The translations under genes and the position numbers were made by a program. The notes under the pieces are model-generated. The model made no database searches. It saw only the letters and a list, made by a program, of their open reading frames with translations, and was not told the DNA's origin. Below are positions 10,073 to 18,454 of a stretch of 32,000 nucleotides of DNA, piece after piece (positions within the stretch are counted from its first letter, which is position 1; every line of letters begins with the position of its first letter). This stretch comes from Fastidiosibacter lacustris (GTDB lineage: Bacteria > Pseudomonadota > Gammaproteobacteria > Francisellales > Francisellaceae), in assembly GCF_003428155.1 (NCBI RefSeq), contig NZ_QLIR01000004.1:60001-92000 (forward strand). The letters are read 5' to 3'.

Positions 10073-11614
10073 TTATTGCAGCTGAGTATTATAGGTTTTT
10101 CCTGCTAGAGTACGCTGCAACACAACACAATCAGAACTGTAAACTTTCTGTATGAAGTGACGATTATCTTCTTGTCCACACCCTTTACTGTTCAACAAAT
10201 CTTGAAATTGTTTTTTGCCAGCATCCTTTTGCACCCATTCTTTAGCAGCACTGCTATTAAGCCATGTTATAGCAGTGTTTTCCCATAGCCACGTATTATA
10301 AGCATTCTGGGTTAGCCATTCTCCCCATTTACTTGTTTTCATCCATTGTTGACCTACTTCTGTTGCTAGCCATACACCACCTGCTTTTGAGAGTATAAAC
10401 TTAGAAAAGTCTGAGTGAGCATACCAGTTTTTAGAATCGCTATTATCCATTATATTCACATAACCAAGGATAAAATCTTGCAAGATACTTTCATTTTTAA
10501 TCGATTGTAAGCCTGCATTTGTATTGAGCCAATTGATAAAAACTTTACGCATTTCACCTTGCTCATTAACTTGCCATTCTTTACCTTCATAACTTTTTAG
10601 CCACTCTATACCTGTATCACTAGCTAGCCATAAACCACCTAAATAAGATGATAAGAATTGATCTAAATCAGAAGCATACCAATACCCTGCTATCGTATTT
10701 GCATTTTTGACCTTTTCAAGTAACACTTTTTCCATTTTTTTTGCTACTTGATCGATTGCATTAAGGTTTTTGCTATGAATAATATCCCTTGCAATACTAT
10801 GGCCATTTTTATTTCCTTCCAAAAAGCTAAGCCTGTCTTGCCCTTCTGAAGATTCTAACCATTTAAGACCGCTAGGACTTAATAGCCATTGAACACCTGA
10901 TTCTGTATACAGCCAAGCTTGCCCTGCTTTGGTAATTAATACTTTATCTAAAGGAGATTGAAAACTAGTAGAAGAGTTAATAGCCCATTGCCCTATATTT
11001 GCAGTTGCCAGCCCAACAATAGCTAGAGCTGTTGTAGTGACAGCTCTGTTTGCTACGTTTTTGTAACCGACTATGCCTGCGCCTATAACTACTGCATGTA
11101 CACCAATATTTGTAAAACTTGGCCATTCAAGACGATTGTGATAGGTCAATTGTTTATTGTCTGAAAGAGACTGGACTTTTAAAAAGAGTGTTTCTTCTCC
11201 TTCAGGAGTTAATGCCCAGCTTTTTGCATCTTCAGTATTAAGCCACTCATTTACAATAGACGAGTCTGATCGAAACCAGTTTTGTCCAACGTGACTTGTT
11301 AGCCAGTTTTTTCCTTCTGTTGACCTTAACCATAAAAAGCCTTTATCGCTTGATAATAAGTTATCCAATGTGTTCTTATGGTAAGACTCTTGTGTTATTT
11401 TTTTATCAAGATCGCGATCTAACGCTGTATTATGCAACGTATAATTTGTTGGGATCTGGATATCTGTATTGTCAGTTATATTTTCCGCATAGCTTACATT
11501 GGTAACACCTACCAGCCCTGCTAGCAAACAAATAAACGAGGTTTTTATAGAATATTTCAATTGATTTTTCTCCTTTTTAGTTTCAAGGCTTTGTTTTATA
11601 CATTTTATTGTCAT
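10073..11614 (-). CDS. Uncharacterised exported membrane protein with Trp-rich nonapeptide repeat blocks, paralog B
   Basis: ORF of 513 aa with AAGGAG ribosome-binding site, signal peptide ending NVSYA, two central TM segments and repeats such as DKGFLWLRSTEGKNWLTSHVGQNWFRS and DTGIEWLKS. Confidence 0.87.
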   Translation of the reverse strand: MTIKCIKQSLETKKEKNQLKYSIKTSFICLLAGLVGVTNVSYAENITDNTDIQIPTNYTLHNTALDRDLDKKITQESYHKNTLDNLLSSDKGFLWLRSTEGKNWLTSHVGQNWFRSDSSIVNEWLNTEDAKSWALTPEGEETLFLKVQSLSDNKQLTYHNRLEWPSFTNIGVHAVVIGAGIVGYKNVANRAVTTTALAIVGLATANIGQWAINSSTSFQSPLDKVLITKAGQAWLYTESGVQWLLSPSGLKWLESSEGQDRLSFLEGNKNGHSIARDIIHSKNLNAIDQVAKKMEKVLLEKVKNANTIAGYWYASDLDQFLSSYLGGLWLASDTGIEWLKSYEGKEWQVNEQGEMRKVFINWLNTNAGLQSIKNESILQDFILGYVNIMDNSDSKNWYAHSDFSKFILSKAGGVWLATEVGQQWMKTSKWGEWLTQNAYNTWLWENTAITWLNSSAAKEWVQKDAGKKQFQDLLNSKGCGQEDNRHFIQKVYSSDCVVLQRTLAGKTYNTQLQ

Positions 11615-11775
11615 GTGATTAACTCCTTATTATTGTTGGTTGATTAATTGAATAAGAATTTACTTAAAAATATATTTCCGCACGATTAAAATTTAAGGTT
11701 TCTATATTTTATTTTTAATATATCGATGCAATTTGATGATCATAAATTATACAAAACATAGATCACTTTAAAAAA

Positions 11776-12336
11776 TTAAAAAGAGGCAGTAAAGGTTATG
11801 CTAAAACTTCCATTAAACTTTTCATTCTGACTGCTTGGTATAATAGAGTCATTACCATCACCTTTGATATAAACCTCAAAACCTATAACACCTTTATTCT
11901 GACTAATTGTGATATCACGACCAACACCATCATTTTCACATATTGGTTGTTGTAAATTGACCTCTATACACATTTTATATTGGATAGTACATGCAGGGCA
12001 CGCCCCACCTGTATTTACAGCAGATAGAATACAATTTCCTTGTTGATCTTTATTATTACATTGAAGTGAAGCTGTAAGCTTATCAGTATTATCCCAATTG
12101 ACCTTTCCTGATAGTTTGTCAGACTCAAATCTTGGAAGACGATTATTTTTATCAAGCTTAAGTTGTGGGACTGTCAAATTTGTATTTAGCATATCAAGTT
12201 TGACTGTTGGGCTGTTAGTTATATCAAGCTGTAAGTCAAACTGAAGGTTTTGTGGTGTAGGTGTTGTGGCAAAACAAGAAAGTGTTACCAGTAAACCCAT
12301 TAAAAAAGTTGTTACTTGTCTTATCATTACTTTCAC
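11776..12336 (-). CDS. Secreted minor fimbrial subunit-like protein of the chaperone-usher operon
   Basis: Signal peptide and C-terminal alternating-hydrophobic strand NGSFSITFTASF shared with the neighbouring subunits. Last gene of the operon. Confidence 0.6.
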   Translation of the reverse strand: MKVMIRQVTTFLMGLLVTLSCFATTPTPQNLQFDLQLDITNSPTVKLDMLNTNLTVPQLKLDKNNRLPRFESDKLSGKVNWDNTDKLTASLQCNNKDQQGNCILSAVNTGGACPACTIQYKMCIEVNLQQPICENDGVGRDITISQNKGVIGFEVYIKGDGNDSIIPSSQNEKFNGSFSITFTASF

Positions 12337-12347
12337 CTAAATTAGGA

Positions 12348-12869
12348 CTAAAAATTAACCGAAACTGTGCAAATAAGTTGACCACGATATTGACCCTGTG
12401 GATACGCAGTGCCGCTTTTTTGCTTGACCAAAAGCAAGAGATTAAACTTTTGGTTTGGTACTTGAGGGGGGAGGCGTACAGGTGCAGTACCTAATGCTTG
12501 TGCCGTGCCATTTATACAAAGATAACTTTCTGGGATAATTTGTTGTGAAGTTGTAGAACCACTTAATGTCATCATGCCTTTATTACATTTTATTGTGTAC
12601 TGTGGGTTAGCAATGTTACTCAAGAATCCTACTTCTTGAGATTTCCCTGCATATATATAATCATGATTATTATTAATCCCTGTTATGCCTGAGAGCACCG
12701 AACTAACGTCATTCCTAAATACGATATCATTAGCATTAACCTCAATAGAAAACCAAGGCTTTACCACAAGGGTGGCGTCAATTTCAACCTCGACATTTTC
12801 TCCGGTACTTGAGGCAAAGCTGATCACACTATATAAAGCAAGTAGTAAGGAGGACAAAAATTTTAACAT
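12348..12869 (-). CDS. Secreted minor fimbrial subunit-like protein
   Basis: Signal peptide, beta-rich sequence, and C-terminal YPQGQYRGQLICTVSVNF strand motif. AGGAGG ribosome-binding site. Confidence 0.6.
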   Translation of the reverse strand: MLKFLSSLLLALYSVISFASSTGENVEVEIDATLVVKPWFSIEVNANDIVFRNDVSSVLSGITGINNNHDYIYAGKSQEVGFLSNIANPQYTIKCNKGMMTLSGSTTSQQIIPESYLCINGTAQALGTAPVRLPPQVPNQKFNLLLLVKQKSGTAYPQGQYRGQLICTVSVNF

Positions 12870-12882
12870 AACTATTCCTTCT

Positions 12883-13908
12883 CTAATTAAAAGATGCCGT
12901 TAACAAAAGGATAACCTTACTCTTATAAGTGCCCGGTTTTGCGTGTTTGACTGTATTTTCATCTGCACTTAAATTAACGTTAATCTCATTGGACTGTTGT
13001 GTTATAGCAATAGGTTGTTCTTGTCCGATTGTTGTAACCAATTGTTGATTTATTTTTAACTGAAACGGAATTGTGTTACTTCCATCTCTTTCATCTTGTA
13101 AAACACAAGAACTATTCGATTGTGTACAGCTTTTAAGTTTTACTTTAATATTATTTGCATTGGTAGCATAGGGAATGGTTACTATTGCGCCATAATCATT
13201 ACCAAAATGATTATTCTTAGTTAGTGTGGCTTGGTAATTTGCTTGTCCTGTTAGTTTGATATAAGGGTCAAAGTTAAGTGTTATATTCAAGTTATTATTA
13301 ATGGGAATATCTATATCATTTCTTATTGACCGCGGTGTTTTTGGATCATATTGAGTAAGCCAATATACCCCCTGTATATTAACACTACCTGTACAATTTG
13401 AAATACCAATTGTATCAGCAAGATTAATGCTATCAAATGTGAAACTCAACTGCCTAATACGATATCTATCAGAAGATTTGATATTAAAACGAAAAGGACT
13501 GCTTGTTGATGAAGGAATGGAGGAATTGTTAAGATGGAAATTATTTCTATCCCCTGCCACAGTAACAGAGCCTTTCAAGCTAATACTATTAGTGCACTGT
13601 AAAGTAAAAGGCGATACAATATAGTTTACATTATCTCTGTTACAGTAGTAGTTGAAATAGCCACAATAGTAAGTGAAGTTACCAGTTAATGTTTTTCCTA
13701 TCGCTCCAGTTAAATCAATTCCACTAACATTAAAATTTAATTTATTGTTAGCGATCAAATTATTTGTAAAGTCAATGTTGTTAATCAATCCCCTTGATGA
13801 TTTAATCGTTTTATTAGCTAAATCTACCTTAAAAGTTAAATCAGTTGTCTCTGCATAACTAAGTGTAATTGAGATATATCCAATTAAAATTGTTAACCAT
13901 TTTTTCAT
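12883..13908 (-). CDS. Probable fimbrial tip adhesin/minor subunit of CfaE/CooD position
   Basis: Gene immediately after the usher with two-domain length. Signal peptide MKKWLTILIGYISITLSYA. C-terminal PGTYKSKVILLLTASF. ATG at 13908 with an AAGGGG ribosome-binding site; the listed 13923 start is GTG. Confidence 0.6.
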   Translation of the reverse strand: MKKWLTILIGYISITLSYAETTDLTFKVDLANKTIKSSRGLINNIDFTNNLIANNKLNFNVSGIDLTGAIGKTLTGNFTYYCGYFNYYCNRDNVNYIVSPFTLQCTNSISLKGSVTVAGDRNNFHLNNSSIPSSTSSPFRFNIKSSDRYRIRQLSFTFDSINLADTIGISNCTGSVNIQGVYWLTQYDPKTPRSIRNDIDIPINNNLNITLNFDPYIKLTGQANYQATLTKNNHFGNDYGAIVTIPYATNANNIKVKLKSCTQSNSSCVLQDERDGSNTIPFQLKINQQLVTTIGQEQPIAITQQSNEINVNLSADENTVKHAKPGTYKSKVILLLTASFN

Positions 13909-13909
13909 T

Positions 13910-16387
13910 TTATACCCCTTCACATTTTAGCGTGCCAACCCAATACCCAGGCTGTGCATTTTTAATTTCTGTTGCATCAAAGTTATAAATACAGCTTTGA
14001 TCGTTTGTTGTAATTTTTAATGTGGGTTTTGTTTTACTAATACTTACAACAAAAAAGCCAGACTCATCGCTATAGCTTGTAGTTTCCACATGGTTTTGCA
14101 CTTTGGCATGTGCAATAGGATTGCCCTTACTATCAATAATTTGTCCAATGACATCAATGATTGGGAAAGCTTCGCGTGTCATATAGTAAACAGAGCCAGG
14201 ATATAGGCTTACGAATTCACTTTTATCTGAGTATTGCAATAACTGTGCTTCATCGGGATGATCGCTTAAAGAAACGCTATATTGCTTGTAATGAGGTAAT
14301 GAGATAAAGTTATCCCCTTTGTAAATCGGATAACGTACCCCATTGATTTGTGTGGACATTTTATGCTTTTTATCTTCCGTATCTAAATGAATAACCACAC
14401 CTGATTTGCTACGGTGATCGTTATGAGCTGTGATGCTTTGAGGTGTTAAGCTTATGCCACCATATAAGCTACCAGAAGCACCATAATTTTCTTGATTGTT
14501 TTGACTAACCACTGATGTTGATAAATCACCTTGCATGTAATCCGATTTAACACTAGTCGAGAATAGACCATTAACATAGTCTTTACGATAATCTACATTG
14601 GCATTTACATACCGTATATAAGGATGATCTAAGTTTGGTCTAAAGCTTAGACCATTAGAGACTTGCTTATCTGTTGGTGAATAGCGTAGATAATCACTTA
14701 ATGTATTACCATTGCCAAAAGTATAAGAAATATTGAGCATAAAGGCGTAGTTGTTTTGTTTATCTTCATTGCCTGAGAAAGTTTTGTTGTAACTAACAGA
14801 AGCACTAACATTCCAGTTGTTCCGATAATACAAATTATGAAAATAAGATGTACTTAGGCTATCTCTGCTGTTATGAAAACTATAGCTATAAGTGGCAGAA
14901 ATTGAACCAAGTTTAATTGGGCTTAAGTTTAAGTAAGATGAAATACCTATCCTATTATAACGTGATTTAAATGGGCTATATGGGTTGTCACTTTTACTGT
15001 TGGTGTTATACCAAACGTTGGTAGAAAAATAGTTAAACCACATATTGGATAGCTGCAAGTTATAGCCATAATTTAAGCGTGAATCTAGCGCAACAGTTTG
15101 AGTAATTTGTGTATTTAACGGTAAATAAACTTCCGTATCCCATTCACCAAGGGCTAAATTATCAACACCATAGCCCCCAAAATTCATGACTGTTTGTTTG
15201 TTTATTACGCTAGCAAAGTTACCACCAAGGTAAGGAGCTTTAATTGCTGAATTTTGATCTTTAGCAACCATTCCTAACCAAAGTCGGTAATTCCTATTAT
15301 TATCGTGCAACTTTCCTAATGATGAAGGTTTATTAATCATGGCGGTTTCTGTATTAACCACTTGACCACCTTGGGTAATTTCAATTTGAATCGGATAAAT
15401 ACCATCAGGAAAGCTCTCAGTTTGTAATATATGATTACCCGCACTAAAATTTTGTACCGAAATTAACCGCCCATCTTTATAAACGTTGACAACTGAATTT
15501 GCGTTAATAAATAAAGGAATAGGAATCAGGGATGCTTTTTGCGAAGATAAAGATAGGTTATCTGAACTACCTAATTCCGCAATAATACCTTTTCCATTAA
15601 AAGCATAATTTAAATTATAAGTATTCTGTCCACTGTAAAAATTGGCATTATTAAAATAGCCTAACCGTGAATATAGCTTTTCTTGATCATATTGCCAATA
15701 AACGTTATTAATACGAATATCTTTTTGGTAACGACTTTGTTGTAAAAAAACACTACTATTTAGGTGATTTCGTCCAAAACCAGTCACATTATCCAACTCT
15801 AAATAGTAGTTTGTATCTCGTCGATCTGCATAATCAAAGTTAAATCGATAGCCTAAAAAAGAGCTAATATGACTAACATTTGGTGCACTGAGATATTTAT
15901 AACTTTGTTGAGATTGATAGTTAAATGCTTCACTGGGTAACCATAATTTTAAGCGCATACTGTTTAAATCTAATTGGATCATAAAAAAAGGCACATCAGC
16001 TTGGCAAAGCCCATTTTTTTCCCACTCTGGCAGACACTCAATAATTTGATTTGGATCAACGCCTTGACTAAATAGTTCATTTAGAATCTTTCGAGCGTTG
16101 TCTTTTAATTCAATTTTACTATGTTGAAATACCTCGACAACATCTAAAAAAACCTTACTACCACGCAAACTAATGATATGTTGCCCTAATTCAATACCCA
16201 AAAGAGAGACTTCAACTTCAATGGCATCAGATAATTGTGGTATAAAATCTTCAGGAATACTCTCTAACCCTTCAACACCTGGTTTAAGTTTTGGATCAGT
16301 TGCAATGGATGAAATAGCTTCTATTGGCATACAGAGCAAATTCATCCACAAAAGTGGTAAAAGCTTTTTTAGCTTTTTTGATTTCAT
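13910..16387 (-). CDS. Outer-membrane usher of alternate (CS1/CFA-I-like) chaperone-usher family
   Basis: 825 aa usher-like beta-barrel with SVVNVYKDGRLISVQNFSAGNHILQTESFPDGIYPIQIEITQGGQVV and C-terminal plug/carboxypeptidase-like domain (DVIGQIIDSKGNPIAHAKVQ). Located between pilin and adhesin genes. Confidence 0.88.
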   Translation of the reverse strand: MKSKKLKKLLPLLWMNLLCMPIEAISSIATDPKLKPGVEGLESIPEDFIPQLSDAIEVEVSLLGIELGQHIISLRGSKVFLDVVEVFQHSKIELKDNARKILNELFSQGVDPNQIIECLPEWEKNGLCQADVPFFMIQLDLNSMRLKLWLPSEAFNYQSQQSYKYLSAPNVSHISSFLGYRFNFDYADRRDTNYYLELDNVTGFGRNHLNSSVFLQQSRYQKDIRINNVYWQYDQEKLYSRLGYFNNANFYSGQNTYNLNYAFNGKGIIAELGSSDNLSLSSQKASLIPIPLFINANSVVNVYKDGRLISVQNFSAGNHILQTESFPDGIYPIQIEITQGGQVVNTETAMINKPSSLGKLHDNNRNYRLWLGMVAKDQNSAIKAPYLGGNFASVINKQTVMNFGGYGVDNLALGEWDTEVYLPLNTQITQTVALDSRLNYGYNLQLSNMWFNYFSTNVWYNTNSKSDNPYSPFKSRYNRIGISSYLNLSPIKLGSISATYSYSFHNSRDSLSTSYFHNLYYRNNWNVSASVSYNKTFSGNEDKQNNYAFMLNISYTFGNGNTLSDYLRYSPTDKQVSNGLSFRPNLDHPYIRYVNANVDYRKDYVNGLFSTSVKSDYMQGDLSTSVVSQNNQENYGASGSLYGGISLTPQSITAHNDHRSKSGVVIHLDTEDKKHKMSTQINGVRYPIYKGDNFISLPHYKQYSVSLSDHPDEAQLLQYSDKSEFVSLYPGSVYYMTREAFPIIDVIGQIIDSKGNPIAHAKVQNHVETTSYSDESGFFVVSISKTKPTLKITTNDQSCIYNFDATEIKNAQPGYWVGTLKCEGV

Positions 16388-16462
16388 AAATAATACCTAA
16401 ATTTCATCGTAGCATTTAACTGGAATAATTTGACTTTGTCTGATCTTTATATAACTAAATTC

Positions 16463-16683
16463 TTCGTGATCTCATTCTCGATATGACAAGAATGAGATTA
16501 AAAACTTACTTTAATTTAACTGGACGGTTGAGTTATCAAGACCGACCATACTTGAGATGCTGGCACTTTTCTTCATGTTAAGAAAAGTTTTCTTTCTAAA
16601 CGGATTCCCATGAAGTGTTTAGACTTATCGTGAAAATCCCGCCAGCGGCAGTATTCAGCTTCGCATGGCAAGTGATTTGCCAT
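16463..16683. promoter_or_regulatory. Cluster of inverted repeats in the major pilin-usher intergenic region
   Basis: ATCTCATTCT(N10)AGAATGAGAT at 16469-16498; ACTTTTCTT(N6)AAGAAAAGT at 16565-16588; TCTAAAC...GTTTAGA at 16595-16623; ATGGCAA(N5)TTGCCAT at 16665-16683. Confidence 0.5.
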
Positions 16684-16732
16684 AATAATTCTTAGCGTAG
16701 GATAAAGTTCTACACTTTAATTATTAATTAAA

Positions 16733-17266
16733 CTAAAAGGTTGCTTCAATCTTAAAGTCAAAGTTGCCTTCATACTTTCCTTCTTGGTATTTATTAGTTC
16801 CATCACCGTAAATTACTTTTAAGTCTTTCGCCCCCCCCCCTGGTGTTAAGGATTTAAAATTTATTTTTGAAGTAGGGCTCTTAATTTCATTGCCACCTAT
16901 TTCGAACGTTACTGGCATTTCTTCACCGTGACCACTCGTAGTATTTTTGATTACATATTCATTACTACTACTATTTGTTGGTCCAGAAGTAATAGAAATG
17001 CCAATCTCCCCTGTACTGCTATCAGTCCACTCTAAGAAGTCAGTAATAATAGACTCTTGTTTGTTGGTTGACATAGCCGCTCTTTTTGGTGCACTTGTAG
17101 ACTTAGTTGTTGAAAGTTTTAAAACGTCTTGTAGTGTTTTCGGACCTACTTCTGTGCTAACTATAATTTGTACTGTATCAGTTACAGTAGCAGCATAGGA
17201 AGCCACAATACCGCCCAATAAGCTTGCCATTACGGTTGTAGCTAAAATTTTTTTACTTTTTATCAT
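16733..17266 (-). CDS. CS1/CFA-I-type major fimbrial subunit
   Basis: Signal peptide ...GGIVASYA, VTDTVQIIV start, 177 aa, C-terminal GKYEGNFDFKIEATF. Lies between the chaperone and usher genes, as in cfaABCE/cblBACD-type operons. Contains a G10 tract. Confidence 0.78.
   Translation of the reverse strand: MIKSKKILATTVMASLLGGIVASYAATVTDTVQIIVSTEVGPKTLQDVLKLSTTKSTSAPKRAAMSTNKQESIITDFLEWTDSSTGEIGISITSGPTNSSSNEYVIKNTTSGHGEEMPVTFEIGGNEIKSPTSKINFKSLTPGGGAKDLKVIYGDGTNKYQEGKYEGNFDFKIEATF
16831..16840 (-). repeat. Poly-G(10) homopolymer inside the major pilin CDS
   Basis: Plus strand shows cccccccccc; coding sense is CCA GGG GGG GGG GCG AAA (PGGGAK). Confidence 0.95.
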
Positions 17267-17465
17267 TACATACTCCTTTTTTGGTTGTTGACTTGAGTTT
17301 CAATTACTAATTGGCTTAAATTTGTGTCGAAATAGGTTCTTAGAAGTAAATAATTTGTAACCTTTCCTAGCTCAATCTAAACAAGAAATAATTAAATCAT
17401 TTAGCTATTCGCATTTTTATTTTTGTCTTTTTTTGTAAATTTAGGTTTAACTTTTTACTTTTTGG

Positions 17466-18314
17466 TTACGCAAGGAAATAGCGCTGTTTTTGGGTATTCT
17501 TACCATTTTCAAAAACTTGAATTTCAATGTTCTCTTTAAGAAAGGATGTATCTATGACACGATTTTTTTGTGGATAAACTTTATATTTTTGTTCAAACAC
17601 ACCTTGTTGGTTACAATATGAATGATTGACAGTAACACCGCCTGTTTTCAATGAGTCATTTGTTTTACATTTTGCTTTAACTTCTGTTTCAATAACGGCA
17701 TTACCATTGTTATAAATATAAATAGCCTCATCTTTTTGCGAAACGGTTGTTTTGTAAAAGGCGTTTTGTGGTTGAACGGCTAAAATACTGGAAAAACCTA
17801 TCGTAATTCCTACACCTGCGGATATTCCGTCATTATCTGCAAGTTCTTTATCTGAAAGCGCAAAACCATCTTCTTTTTTTGGTGCAACAGGTGTCATATT
17901 GACACGATAATAAGAAACCTCATCTTTATTTCTGCCTTTTGGATAGTAAAAACGAATATTTTTTGACTGTCCAGGTGGAATAATTAACCTACTTGGTGTC
18001 ACGAATAATGATTCTGACATTTCTTTTGGCAGAAGTGTTTTTTCAGTTTTATTATCAGATAGTGGATTTTTTACTTCCACTAGTTCAATTTTGACATAAG
18101 CTGTTTTATTGGGATCATCATTATGAATTGTTTTAGAAAAAGTGACTTTATCTTCAGACCAAATATCATAAAGATCATCAATAGCAATATTTGCCATTGA
18201 TAAGCTGTAAAAACCACATAACATCGTAATTGTTAGTGTTATAACACCCTTCACTTTGTTCTCCTTCTTCAATCTCACCCCAACAAGTAAATCATACGAG
18301 TTTATTGATGTCAT
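17466..18314 (-). CDS. Periplasmic fimbrial chaperone, CFA/I-CS1 type
   Basis: Pili-chaperone features: SLFVTPSRLIIPPGQSKNIRFYYP in the G1-like region and a C-terminal Ig-like domain. First gene of the operon. Confidence 0.8.
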   Translation of the reverse strand: MTSINSYDLLVGVRLKKENKVKGVITLTITMLCGFYSLSMANIAIDDLYDIWSEDKVTFSKTIHNDDPNKTAYVKIELVEVKNPLSDNKTEKTLLPKEMSESLFVTPSRLIIPPGQSKNIRFYYPKGRNKDEVSYYRVNMTPVAPKKEDGFALSDKELADNDGISAGVGITIGFSSILAVQPQNAFYKTTVSQKDEAIYIYNNGNAVIETEVKAKCKTNDSLKTGGVTVNHSYCNQQGVFEQKYKVYPQKNRVIDTSFLKENIEIQVFENGKNTQKQRYFLA

Positions 18315-18454
18315 GGTTTATAATGTACCCATTTGTTAACATTAGAAATAATCTTCTTTATGGATTGATGTCTCCCTTGTTAAAGATGTCAATGCAGGAG
18401 TGTTATAGATCTGGCTAAATATGAAATCAAAGTATACAGCAGACTTAACTTGAC

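Noticed and set aside
12261-12494. Plus-strand ORF bridging two minor pilin genes
   Set aside because: Overlaps the 5' end of one and the 3' end of the other antisense; no ribosome-binding site or family features noted.
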